A stretch of 64,000 nucleotides of DNA from Alphaproteobacteria bacterium (GTDB lineage: Bacteria; Pseudomonadota; Alphaproteobacteria; UBA7887). How positions within the stretch are numbered: position 1 is the first letter of the stretch; every line of letters starts with the position of its first letter. The position numbers were made by a program, and so were the translations under genes. The DNA lies in the NCBI GenBank assembly GCA_965216755.1, contig CBDCGL010000011.1, positions 768,001 through 832,000 on the forward strand. The letters are read 5' to 3'. Below are positions 28,999 to 38,632 of the stretch, in pieces. The notes beneath the pieces are model-generated. The model was not told where the DNA came from and ran no database searches. It was given only the letters and a program-made list of their open reading frames with translations.

Positions 28999-30675
28999 AT
29001 GGCCGAAACTGTGCCGGCAGTTAACCCATATGAGATAGGATTGGAGCAGGGACCGGCCAACCATGCCGCGCTCACGCCGATCCATTTCTTGTATCGCGCG
29101 GCGACCACTTATCCAGATCATGTGGCCGTTATTTATGGTTCTGAGCGACGTACATATGCGGAACTTCTCGACCGATGTCAGAGGTTGGCCGCGGCGTTTG
29201 TCGCCCAGAATATCGTGGTCGGCGATACGGTTTCGGTGATTGCGCCGAATATTCCCCAATTGCTTGAGTGCCACTTTGCAGTGCCCATGTCCGGCGCGGT
29301 TTTGAACGCCATGAATACGCGTTTGGACGCCGCAACGATCGCGTTCATTCTCGATCATGCCCAAACAAAAATACTCATTTCAGACAGCTCGTTTAGGGAT
29401 CAAGTTGAAGTTGCAGTTAAGCAATTAAGGAACCCGCCGCGGATAGTTTGGATCGAGGATACGCAGGTATCGCAGCAGGCCGATGCTCGGCCGTCAGCGA
29501 CGGTCCGCGGCATGGACTATGAGGAATTCCTAGCCACTGGCTCGGCCGACACCGAGCTGTCGCGGCCGGTCGACGAATGGCAAGCCATTTCTTTGAATTA
29601 CACTTCCGGAACAACAGGCAACCCAAAGGGCGTCGTTTACCATCACCGGGGCGCCTATTTGAACGCGTTGTCTGGCGCGTTTGCCACGGAGATAAACCAT
29701 CGCAGCGTCTATTTGTGGACACTGCCCATGTTTCATTGCAACGGGTGGTGTTTTCCGTGGGCGGTGACGGCAGTGGCCGGCACACACGTGTGCTTGCGGA
29801 GCATCGACCCCGCCCACATTTTCGACAGCGTCGTCGAGCACGAGGTCACTGCCTTCTGTGGCGCGCCGATTATCCTCAATATGTTGATCCATGCGCCCGC
29901 CGCGGCCCAACGTGGATTTGACCACAATTGCAGTGTGTTCACGGGCGGCGCGGCACCGCCAAGCGTCGTCATAGCTGGAATGGAAGAACTCGGTTTTTCA
30001 GTCACCCAGCTCTATGGTCTCACCGAATGCTACGGTCCTTGTTTGGTTTGCCCACCACAGGCGGACTGGTCTGAGCTGCCGTTGAAGGAGCGGGCCGGCT
30101 TGATGGCGCGCCAGGGACTGGGGTACCCATTGCTCGAATCGATCATGGTCGCAGATCCGACGACTTGCGCGCCGGTACCTTGTGACGGCGAAACCATCGG
30201 CGAGATCATGTTACGCGGCAATACGGTCATGAAGGGATATCTGAAAAACCCCGAGGCAACTGCCGCCGCTTTCCAGGGCGGTTGGTTCCACACCGGAGAT
30301 TTGGCGGTTGCTCATCCCGATGGCTATATCGAGGTCAAAGACCGCTCAAAAGACATCATCATCTCTGGTGGCGAGAACATATCGTCTCTAGAGATCGAAG
30401 AGGTGCTTTATCAGCACCCCGACATCATGGAAGCTGCCGTTGTTGCGAGACCGGACGGGAAATGGGGTGAAAGCCCTTGTGCCTTTGTTGACTTAGGACC
30501 GTCGGCGGACCGCATCTCCCAAGCAGATGTCATCGCTTATTGCCGGACTCGTATGGCAGCATTCAAGATTCCGCGAACGGTTGTGTTTGGACCCTTGCCG
30601 AAGACGTCAACGGGTAAGATCCAGAAATTCGACCTGCGCCAGCGGGCGGCGGCGCTCAACGAGAACGAAGGGTGA
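28999..30675 (+). CDS. Acyl-CoA synthetase (AMP-forming; DmdB-related family)
   Basis: YTSGTTGNPKG, PMFHCNGW, YGLTE, WFHTGD, DRSKDIIISGGENISS, PKTSTGKIQK. Confidence 0.88.
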   Translation: MAETVPAVNPYEIGLEQGPANHAALTPIHFLYRAATTYPDHVAVIYGSERRTYAELLDRCQRLAAAFVAQNIVVGDTVSVIAPNIPQLLECHFAVPMSGAVLNAMNTRLDAATIAFILDHAQTKILISDSSFRDQVEVAVKQLRNPPRIVWIEDTQVSQQADARPSATVRGMDYEEFLATGSADTELSRPVDEWQAISLNYTSGTTGNPKGVVYHHRGAYLNALSGAFATEINHRSVYLWTLPMFHCNGWCFPWAVTAVAGTHVCLRSIDPAHIFDSVVEHEVTAFCGAPIILNMLIHAPAAAQRGFDHNCSVFTGGAAPPSVVIAGMEELGFSVTQLYGLTECYGPCLVCPPQADWSELPLKERAGLMARQGLGYPLLESIMVADPTTCAPVPCDGETIGEIMLRGNTVMKGYLKNPEATAAAFQGGWFHTGDLAVAHPDGYIEVKDRSKDIIISGGENISSLEIEEVLYQHPDIMEAAVVARPDGKWGESPCAFVDLGPSADRISQADVIAYCRTRMAAFKIPRTVVFGPLPKTSTGKIQKFDLRQRAAALNENEG

Positions 30676-31448
30676 TGACCATGCAACAACCACCCTATCG
30701 ACTTGATGGCCGAGTCGCGCTGGTCACCGGTGCGTCGCAAGGCTTGGGCGCGCAATTCGCGCTAACCCTGGCGCGGGCGGGTGCGGAGGTCGCACTGGCA
30801 GCGCGCAATATGGAACGTTTACAGTCTGTTGCCCAGAATATTAAAGATGTTGGTGGCATTGCGATGCCGATCCATTTGGACGTGACGGATGTGGATAGCA
30901 TCGAGGCCGCGGTTGGGGCGGCGCAGGATTCATTCGGGCCGATCCACATTTTGGTCAACAATTCCGGCGTCGCGGTGACCAAGCCGGCGCTTGAAATGAC
31001 CGAGCAGGATTGGGATTACGTTGTCGACACCAATTTAAAGGGCGTTTGGCTGGTCGCGCAAAAGGTCGCCAAGAGCATGGCCGAGCGAGGGGCAGGCGGC
31101 AAAATCATCAACATTGCCTCGATCGCGTCAGATATCGTCCTGGGCCAACTTGCGCCATATTGCGCATCGAAGGCTGGCGTGGCCCATCTGACGCGGGCCC
31201 TGGCAGTCGAGTTCGCACGTCATCAGATCCAAGTAAATGCTATTGCGCCCGGCTACATCGAAACCGAGATGAACCGGGAATTCTTCTCCAGCGAAGCGGG
31301 TCAGCAGCTGATACGTCAAAGCATCCCGATGCGGCGTATCGGACAACCATCCGATCTGGATGGCGCGCTCATGTTGCTGGCTTCCGAGGCGTCGGCTTTC
31401 ATGACCGGAAGCATTATCGCCGTCGATGGCGGCCACGGTGTGGCGTAG
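30672..31448 (+). CDS. SDR family oxidoreductase
   Basis: TGASQGLG, VNNSG, YCASK, NAIAPG, VDGG; 4-bp overlap with the upstream stop. Confidence 0.92.
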   Translation: MMTMQQPPYRLDGRVALVTGASQGLGAQFALTLARAGAEVALAARNMERLQSVAQNIKDVGGIAMPIHLDVTDVDSIEAAVGAAQDSFGPIHILVNNSGVAVTKPALEMTEQDWDYVVDTNLKGVWLVAQKVAKSMAERGAGGKIINIASIASDIVLGQLAPYCASKAGVAHLTRALAVEFARHQIQVNAIAPGYIETEMNREFFSSEAGQQLIRQSIPMRRIGQPSDLDGALMLLASEASAFMTGSIIAVDGGHGVA

Positions 31449-31504
31449 TGTGAGACCCTTGCCATGCGGTAGTACTTGTCGGCTAACAGGGGAAGGTTGT
31501 AGGC

Positions 31505-32371
31505 ATGCTGTATCGCGAATTCGCTGATCAAGAATCTCTGGACGTTGAATACAATCCCGCCGCACGGTCTGATGAAGGAGATCGCTTGATTCCGGAATGG
31601 ACCGCAGACAGCGAGGCGGCGCGGCGCGAGCTGGATTGTGTCCTCGGTCTCAAGTTTGGTCCGACGATTGCCGAGTATTTGGACATATTTCCAGCTGGCC
31701 CTGAGGCGCCGGTCCATATTTTCATACACGGCGGTTATTGGCGACGGTTCACAGCGGCGGACTATTCGTTTATCGCACGGCGTCTTGTTGACGCCGGAGT
31801 TACGACCGTTATCAACAATTATGCCTTATGTCCGGTCGTTACAATTGATGAGATTGTACGTCAAATCCGTGCGGCAATCATCTGGACGCACAACAATATA
31901 TCAAGTTATGGCGGCGATCCCGACCGATTGACCATTTCGGGGCATTCGGCCGGCGGACACCTCGTCGGGATGGCCGTATCGACAGCATGGCAGCGTGACT
32001 ATGGCGTTGCGGCGTCGATCATCAAAGGCGGCTGTGCCATAAGCGGTCTGTACGATCTCAATCCTTTCCCGTACACATACTTGCAGCCGAAAATACAACT
32101 AACATGGGAACAAGTGCGCAATAACAGCCCGATAACACAGATTCCAAACAATGCGCCTCCCTTGACCGTGGCCGTCGGTGGCAGTGAATCCGCGGAATTT
32201 CGACGACAGAGCCGCGATTACTTGGCTGCGTGGCAGGCGGCCGGCCACGAGGGCTCATGGCTGGAGCCTGTCGGAAAGGACCACTTCACCGTGTTGGAAG
32301 CTTTTCGTGAGCCGGGTAGCCCTTTGCTGGAGCGCGTGATCAAGATGGCGATGGCGCAACCGCAAACGTAG
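31505..32371 (+). CDS. Arylformamidase/kynurenine formamidase-like alpha/beta hydrolase
   Basis: HGGYW, GHSAGGHL, SGLYDL, ESAEFRRQS, DHF. Confidence 0.82.
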   Translation: MLYREFADQESLDVEYNPAARSDEGDRLIPEWTADSEAARRELDCVLGLKFGPTIAEYLDIFPAGPEAPVHIFIHGGYWRRFTAADYSFIARRLVDAGVTTVINNYALCPVVTIDEIVRQIRAAIIWTHNNISSYGGDPDRLTISGHSAGGHLVGMAVSTAWQRDYGVAASIIKGGCAISGLYDLNPFPYTYLQPKIQLTWEQVRNNSPITQIPNNAPPLTVAVGGSESAEFRRQSRDYLAAWQAAGHEGSWLEPVGKDHFTVLEAFREPGSPLLERVIKMAMAQPQT

Positions 32372-34403
32372 GCGCGGGATCGTTCGCCGGTCTGGCTTTG
32401 CGCTGCTTTGCCAACGGCGGACACTTATGTGCATCGTGGTAAAGCAATTGGCAATCCAAACAATAGAAACACTCGCTCATCTTGATCTTGCCGTTCGGCT
32501 CGATCGCTTGAATGGGGCAGGCGCGTTCGCAAAGACGACAGGGGCTGCCACATTCCTTTCGTCGTTGTAGCCAATTACCGATCCGAAGGCGTCCGCCGAT
32601 GGCCATGACGGCTCCGAGTGGACAGAGAAACCGGCAAAAGAAACGCTCAACAAACAGTCCGACCAATAGCAGCGCCACGGCATAGACGAGGTACGGCCAA
32701 CTGCGCGCAAAATGCAGTGAAATTGCGGTCTTGAACGGCTCTACCTCGGCGACGCTGTTGGCGGTTGGCATGGACACGAAGGAAACAACGATAAGTCCCA
32801 ATAACACCACGTATTTAACCGGCCACAATTTCCGGTGCATGGCTGCGGACAATGACAGCTGGGGCAATCTTAAGCCGCGTGCGAGCTTGGCCAACAGTTC
32901 TTGCAGCGCGCCAAACGGGCATAACCAGCCGCAGAATATGCCCCGGCCCCAAATGAGGAACGTGACAACCGTATAAGCGACAAGGATCGCGATTATGGGG
33001 TCGGCCAAAAACACATCGATCGACATGGAACCAATCGCGGATTGAAGCCACGTTACGATATGTACGATCGACAATTGTCCGCCGATCATCCAGCCAAGCC
33101 AGACCAAAACGGCGGCCAGGAAAGTCAAGCGGATCGTCGTGTAGGTTCTGGAATACCGTGTAAGTATCCTTTGCGCGAACAAGATCACGGTGAGCACAGC
33201 CAATAATGCCGTGAGAAGTGCAATATTCGCCGATTGCGCGCGCCAAGCTGCAAATGCATCGGACGTCGCTATGGCTGACGCGCCGGTGGTTGTTTGAGCT
33301 ACCGTCAGCACATATCGTTCGGGCAATTCATAAGTCAGGGTCTCGACTTGGCCGCCGCTTGCGAAACCCTTGTCGTCCATTGCCAAGTCCACGTGCCACG
33401 GCTGCATCGGATCAATTCCGCGATCAGCGGGCAGTCGGAACAGACCAATATCCTGAAAATCTGGGACTTCGGCGCCGCGGAGAAATGGCATAAAACGATA
33501 GTCATCGCGTGCCAGTTCGACGACGCGATCTTGCTGGCGCAGCCGGACACGGTCGAAAGTCCCGGTGCGAAAAACGTCGCCACCGATAAACGACGACGAA
33601 CCGTTCGACATCAAAAGAAAAACGGTATCAGCACCGCTGTGTGTGCTGACGAACAACCGGTACCAGGTGTCGCCCAGAAGGTTCCTGCCAATATGGGCTG
33701 GCGTGACCAGCGCTGTGTATAAATCGACCTCTGGCTGGTTCGGCGTACCGCCAACACTAAGATGTGCGATCGCGCGGTCGTCGATCAGCGACGGCCAGGT
33801 GGCTGGCTCGTAGGCAATCATATCGACGCCGGCATTGTCGCCGATCAACCCACGAGAGTGCGCGACCGCGCGCGCCGCACGTATTATGGATTGATGAAAC
33901 AAGATCGCGCTAATTGTCGCAGCACTGATGCCATCGACCTCACCGGCGCCGGATACGCCCTCAGGATTTATCTGCCACGCATCCTGGTAGGGCAAATCTT
34001 CATACTGGGTCAGGAATCGCGCGACCCGATCATGCAGCATGTTGTAGTCGATGATGGGTTCGGTGTGCTGAACCAGGGCCACCCCGGTTAAGCGACCGTC
34101 GAGATTGATTGCAGCGATGATCGTAAATGGTGTCGAAGCAAATCCGACCGATTCAACTACGTCGGCGGTTGCGAATATGTATCCGGCAGGGTTCGGATCG
34201 CGGTCTCGATACAATGTGGCCGCGGGCGGATTTCCCTCGACACCGCCGACATGCGCGGCACCGGGAAAAACGGTTTTGACAATTTCATCGTCCAACCAAT
34301 TGGCAATTTCGTCGGCCTGGACGACGCTGTCGGCGAACAATATGGCGATCCAGCTGACGACCATGGCGCAAAACTTCGGCAACTTGGGGCGCCAGAAAGT
34401 CAT
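32340..34403 (-). CDS. nosR: NosR/NirI-family FMN-binding, polyferredoxin membrane protein
   Basis: HTEPI, VDGISAATIS flavinylation motif, GQLSIVH, WGRGIFCGWLCPFGALQE, EVEPFKTAI, FCRFLCPLG, CGSPCRLCERACP, ECFYCLDC; GAGGAG RBS before ATG 34403. Confidence 0.85.
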   Translation of the reverse strand: MTFWRPKLPKFCAMVVSWIAILFADSVVQADEIANWLDDEIVKTVFPGAAHVGGVEGNPPAATLYRDRDPNPAGYIFATADVVESVGFASTPFTIIAAINLDGRLTGVALVQHTEPIIDYNMLHDRVARFLTQYEDLPYQDAWQINPEGVSGAGEVDGISAATISAILFHQSIIRAARAVAHSRGLIGDNAGVDMIAYEPATWPSLIDDRAIAHLSVGGTPNQPEVDLYTALVTPAHIGRNLLGDTWYRLFVSTHSGADTVFLLMSNGSSSFIGGDVFRTGTFDRVRLRQQDRVVELARDDYRFMPFLRGAEVPDFQDIGLFRLPADRGIDPMQPWHVDLAMDDKGFASGGQVETLTYELPERYVLTVAQTTTGASAIATSDAFAAWRAQSANIALLTALLAVLTVILFAQRILTRYSRTYTTIRLTFLAAVLVWLGWMIGGQLSIVHIVTWLQSAIGSMSIDVFLADPIIAILVAYTVVTFLIWGRGIFCGWLCPFGALQELLAKLARGLRLPQLSLSAAMHRKLWPVKYVVLLGLIVVSFVSMPTANSVAEVEPFKTAISLHFARSWPYLVYAVALLLVGLFVERFFCRFLCPLGAVMAIGGRLRIGNWLQRRKECGSPCRLCERACPIQAIEPNGKIKMSECFYCLDCQLLYHDAHKCPPLAKQRKARPANDPAPTFAVAPSPS

Positions 34404-34561
34404 CTTCGGCTCCTCTTGGGCATGGCGGCCGCGCCGGAGTGCGGGGCCCGGCGGCGTTTTTATAGGATCTTGCCCGAAAGAGAAGCGCATTCGCCGCACG
34501 GCAGTGCGCGAAGACCGTAAGACAACCTCTATGGCGTAGCGAGCTTATCGGTCGGGGCGAA

Positions 34562-34951
34562 TTACCCGACCTGTCCAAGCGCCCGATTGGCGGATTTACC
34601 GTTCCCGCTATCCAAACCCAAGAGCATGTTCACGCACAGGAGAACGTGGTCGATTTCGGTTGGTTGACCCAGAAATTGTAGCCCCAGCGCACCGCTCGTG
34701 CGCCAAACAGGCTGACCCAAGAAAACCGGGGCGCCCCCATATGCAACACGCAACGCGCCAACGGCGGGGACACCCTCGACCATGTCGAGACAAATCCCGC
34801 CCAACGAAACATCTCGCACCAGGGCGCGCGCGGATTTGCCACCCACGTTAAGATTCACCCAGGTCGGGCGGTGTAACGCATAGCGGTGCCAACGACGTCG
34901 GTCGCTATCATTCTTTTCAACAGGGTCAATTGGGCAATTGGCTATGGACAT
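34562..34951 (-). CDS. Stand-alone PilZ domain protein
   Basis: DRRRWHRY (RxxxR), DVSLGG (D/NxSxxG), VWR..GLQF. Confidence 0.82.
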   Translation of the reverse strand: MSIANCPIDPVEKNDSDRRRWHRYALHRPTWVNLNVGGKSARALVRDVSLGGICLDMVEGVPAVGALRVAYGGAPVFLGQPVWRTSGALGLQFLGQPTEIDHVLLCVNMLLGLDSGNGKSANRALGQVG

Positions 34952-35005
34952 TTCTTGCTTGCCATGTCGCTGAATGCGTGTCGGCGTTAGGTTTACGTGA
35001 CGGTA

Positions 35006-35020
35006 TTAAGAACTGGTTGA
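35006..35020. promoter_or_regulatory. Possible CtrA box upstream of the PilZ gene
   Basis: TTAA-GAACTGG-TTGA, one mismatch to TTAA-N7-TTAA, 55 bp upstream of the ATG; also partly IHF-like. Confidence 0.35.
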
Positions 35021-35189
35021 TTTGAGCGTGGCGGTGTCGCGGTAGCATCCTAGCCGCCATGCAGTTACGGTTACGACTAGGCGCCGCGCGTGCTTGTCAG
35101 AGTGCTTACGGTACTCTCTCGCACTGTCGCTTCCCGCGCTTTCGAGATCACCCTGACAATGGAATTCAACTTTGCAAATCAGGTGCAAT

Positions 35190-36287
35190 ATGTCTCAAAA
35201 ATCATTGAAGCGTCGCAATTTTCTCAAAGCTGCTGGAGTCGGCGCCACGGCCATGGCCGCGTCAAGCCTACCGGCACCGGCGATTGCGCAAGACCGGTTT
35301 CGTTGGAAGATGGTCACCTGCTGGCCGAAGAACTTCCCGGGTGTGGGAACCGCTGCCAAGCGAGTGGCGGATGCCATTACCGAAATGTCGGACGGCCAGC
35401 TTGAGGTGAAACTGTTCGCCGACGGCGAGTTGGTGCCGGCGTTTGAAGTATTCGACGCCGTGCGCGAAGGCAAAGCCGAATGCGGGCATGATACGCCCTA
35501 TTACTGGTTGGCAAAGAACAAGAGCGCGGCGTTTTTCGGCTCGGTTCCGGGCGGCCTGACAACCCAGGAACATTCTGCCTGGGTTTACTATGGCGGCGGC
35601 CAGGAACTGTGGGACGAGCTCTACGGCGAATTTGGCTTGCGTGCATGGTTGGCGGGTAATGCGGGCATGCAAATGGTGGGGTGGTTTCGTGACGAAATTA
35701 AGTCACTGGATGACATTCAAGGGCTCAAAATCCGGATGGCTGGGCTCCAGGCCGAGGTGTTCAACCGCCTTGGCGGTACGACTGTAAACCTACCCGGCGG
35801 CGAAACGATGTCGGCTTTGCAGTCGGGCGTGATTGATGCGGCCGAATGGGGGGGGCCGTGGATGGATCTGGCATTCGGCTTTTATAAGGTTACCAAGAAC
35901 TGCTACGGTCCTGGCATTCATGAGCCCGGTACCGCGCAATCGCTTTTGGTGAACTTGGCGGCCTATGAAGCCTTGCCCAAGCACTTGCAGGCCATCGTTC
36001 GACACGCGGCCGAATCAGAGGCTGGCCGCTTGCCGGCAGAGTTCGCGGCAAAAAACGCCTTGGCATTCGAGAAGCTCGTCACCGAGCACGGGGTCAATAT
36101 GGCGCCCCTGCCTGATGATGTTCTTAAGAAGTGGTTCGAAGTGGCCGAGGATGTCGTCGCGGAAACGGCCGAAGAGGGCGAGATAAATCAGCGAATCTAT
36201 GAAAGCTGGCGTGCATTCCGACGGCGGGCCATAGGCATGACCTCCCTTCACGAACTCGGCTATCTGCGCAATCGCATGCCGACCTGA
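35190..36287 (+). CDS. TRAP substrate-binding protein (TakP-like), Tat-exported, no adjacent permeases
   Basis: KRRNFLK twin-arginine signal, PAPAIAQ, WKMVTCWP, GELVPAFEVFDAV, GMQMVGWF. Confidence 0.9.
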   Translation: MSQKSLKRRNFLKAAGVGATAMAASSLPAPAIAQDRFRWKMVTCWPKNFPGVGTAAKRVADAITEMSDGQLEVKLFADGELVPAFEVFDAVREGKAECGHDTPYYWLAKNKSAAFFGSVPGGLTTQEHSAWVYYGGGQELWDELYGEFGLRAWLAGNAGMQMVGWFRDEIKSLDDIQGLKIRMAGLQAEVFNRLGGTTVNLPGGETMSALQSGVIDAAEWGGPWMDLAFGFYKVTKNCYGPGIHEPGTAQSLLVNLAAYEALPKHLQAIVRHAAESEAGRLPAEFAAKNALAFEKLVTEHGVNMAPLPDDVLKKWFEVAEDVVAETAEEGEINQRIYESWRAFRRRAIGMTSLHELGYLRNRMPT

Positions 36288-38224
36288 CAACGAATCGGGC
36301 GCAATGAAATTCGCGCCAGCCTCTCCGCTTGCCCAATGATCGGAAATGTTGTGGCAGAATTGGGTGGAGGAGAGCCAGGTCACCACAATAATTGGTCGTC
36401 TTGGTCGCAGAATTATCACAGGTGTGGGCCCGACCTTGTGCGCGCGACGGGCCTATGCCGTCCTGAATGTGGGGCGAACGGCCCTAGACGCGGGGGGCAA
36501 CCCTCTCGTATTGACCCACCAGAAGTTCGTGCTCACCGACGCGGCTCATCGGGCTTTTGTCTTCGCGCCATGCTGCAGTGTGTGTTGCCGGCCTTATGCA
36601 CAGGTATGCCGCCGGGGCCGATTTGAACGGTCTACTTTGACGAAATGTGACGGTCATACGCGATACGCCCCCAAAGAGAGTGACACACCCTTCTGTTGCG
36701 TGTCTGCACCAGCCAAGCGCTGCCCCCTTGTTCCACCTCCATCGCTCCCAAGCGCAAATACCGTTCGTTCCCGTAGCGAGGAATCCGAAATGCGCACTCA
36801 CGTTTAGTTGCATACGGAATTCCGGCGGTCACATCGACTGCGGTAACGCGGTCTCCCAAAGCTGAGTTCGCGCCGGATGAGACAACTACGATCGAAGGCG
36901 CGGGAGCGGCGCCATGTGACGAGGCCAGGAATACTATAACCTAATCAGCGCATTACATTTTCGCACTACTATAACACTACTGCATATTACTCAATGAATT
37001 TCACCGACTTCATACGCAGTAGCACACAAAGACGTTTTTATGCGTCGCGTCGTGGCCAGAATGCAGACTACCGCGCAAGCCTGGGCGACCAATCTCCAGA
37101 AGTCAGCGGCCTCAAACGGAGCGGCGCGGTGTCGGCCGACGCGCGACCTGCCTTATCTGCGACTGTGGCACGAGCGCACCGGGTCACAATGGGCTACTTT
37201 GAGCGTGGGACACACCGTTGGATGTGAAACAATGACCGCCGGACAAGCCTTCTGAGAGCGCGTGGCGCGACTGCACCTGCGTATGTGGATGGTGCGCTGA
37301 GGGCCCGCGGGGAGCGAGTCACTCACTACCCCTCGTGCGGTCCCGCGTACCGACACGAACCAATTAGCTGCAAGAGAAGTTGATGGAAAAGAACCAGGCG
37401 GAGGCGCGCCGAAGCGGCCCTTTGTCCTGGCGTTGATGGGTCGTGCAAACGACCCCGATCGTACAGCCTGTGACAAAAATCGTACGTCACCGATACAGCG
37501 TTTCTCCAAGATTGGCTGGAGCGTATGCTGAATATGACGTGCGGTCTTTTCCGCGGCTCGTCCGGTTGGCGTGATGCCGAATGGCCTTGCTGGGATCGTG
37601 ATGGCTCGCGGACCGCATCCAAGGTTCGCCTGTGCGGCGTTTGAAAACAGATCGACGGATTGGAACCGAATGGGGCCCCATTTTCGGCCGTCGCTTACGT
37701 CTAGCCAAATCGCAAATAAGTATTAATTATTAATAAATTATATTAAATTCCTAAGTGTTCTTATGAGCTACCAACCTGGGGCTAGAATCGATGGCGTCTC
37801 GCGAACGCACGAACGACCGGTTTGCCGATTTTGCCCACAAACGGTCCAACTTTTTTGGCAGGGTGGCATGACCTGTATCGCCGAACGTGAACGCTCCAAC
37901 CCACGCAGTCTTCGGACGCGACACCAACGAGGTTGGGCAAAACTCGGTATGACTTTTCGGATAGCGCGCGGGAAGGTGTTGGGAATTGGGCTTGATAGGC
38001 CAAAATGAAGCGCCTCAGAAATGTCACAAATAAGATCACAATATATAATATTTTTTAATATATTATGTAGAATATCGAATAAATAAATAGAAGTCGGCTA
38101 CAAATTGCTGGGCGTGCACTCGTTAGGCGGGTCGCACCTCGGTGATTCTAAGGTTTTATCTTAGGACAAGAGAAGATAATAAAATAATAACAGTTTATTA
38201 TACTGGAACAATAAGATTGTTTAT

Positions 38225-38314
38225 TGGCGGATGGGGTGGGATTCGAACCCACGAGAGGTGCGAACCTCTGCCGGTTTTCAAGACCGGTGCCTTCAACCAC
38301 TCGGCCACCCATCC
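38225..38314 (-). tRNA. tRNA-Ser (anticodon UGA)
   Basis: Minus strand GGATGGGTGGCCGAGTGGTTGAAGGCACCGGTCTTGAAAACCGG-long variable arm-GTGGGTTCGAATCCCACCCCATCCGCCA; 90 nt, encoded CCA. Confidence 0.97.
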
Positions 38315-38632
38315 ACGCGGTGATACGATTTCCCGGGACGAGAAGGCGCCCCAACACGCATGCATACACAGTATCGCGCGCCGAACTTCTAGCCCAGATT
38401 TGATGCCCGGGTCTACTGCATAGGTGTTCCCAGAGAAGCGGGGTTCGTAATTCGAGGAAGAAGTGCCGTGGCAGATGAACTGGCGACGCTTCCGCGAGAA
38501 CATGGCGACTTGAACCATCTTGCCGAATTGCGTTGCTCGTGCCGGTCCGCCGAGACAAAATTTAGTTCATAATAATAATCAACAACGGAATATAAATGAT
38601 AAAGATATAAATGGCATATAAAGTAATTTTGA

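Noticed and set aside
34404-34561. Riboswitch or FNR box upstream of nosR
   Set aside because: No TTGAT-N4-ATCAA and no riboswitch consensus recognisable by eye.
35365-35373. Possible att duplication of the tRNA 3' end (also an 11-nt match near 60454)
   Set aside because: Matches are only 9-11 nt and lie inside intact genes, as expected by chance.
36346-36807. Cys-rich 153-aa ORF and other short ORFs in the gene-free region
   Set aside because: No recognisable domain or clear RBS, and composition is unlike the real genes. Not called, though small proteins cannot be excluded.
38225-38314. tRNA-Sec or suppressor tRNA
   Set aside because: The anticodon is UGA (reads UCA, Ser), not UCA, and the acceptor stem is a normal 7 bp.
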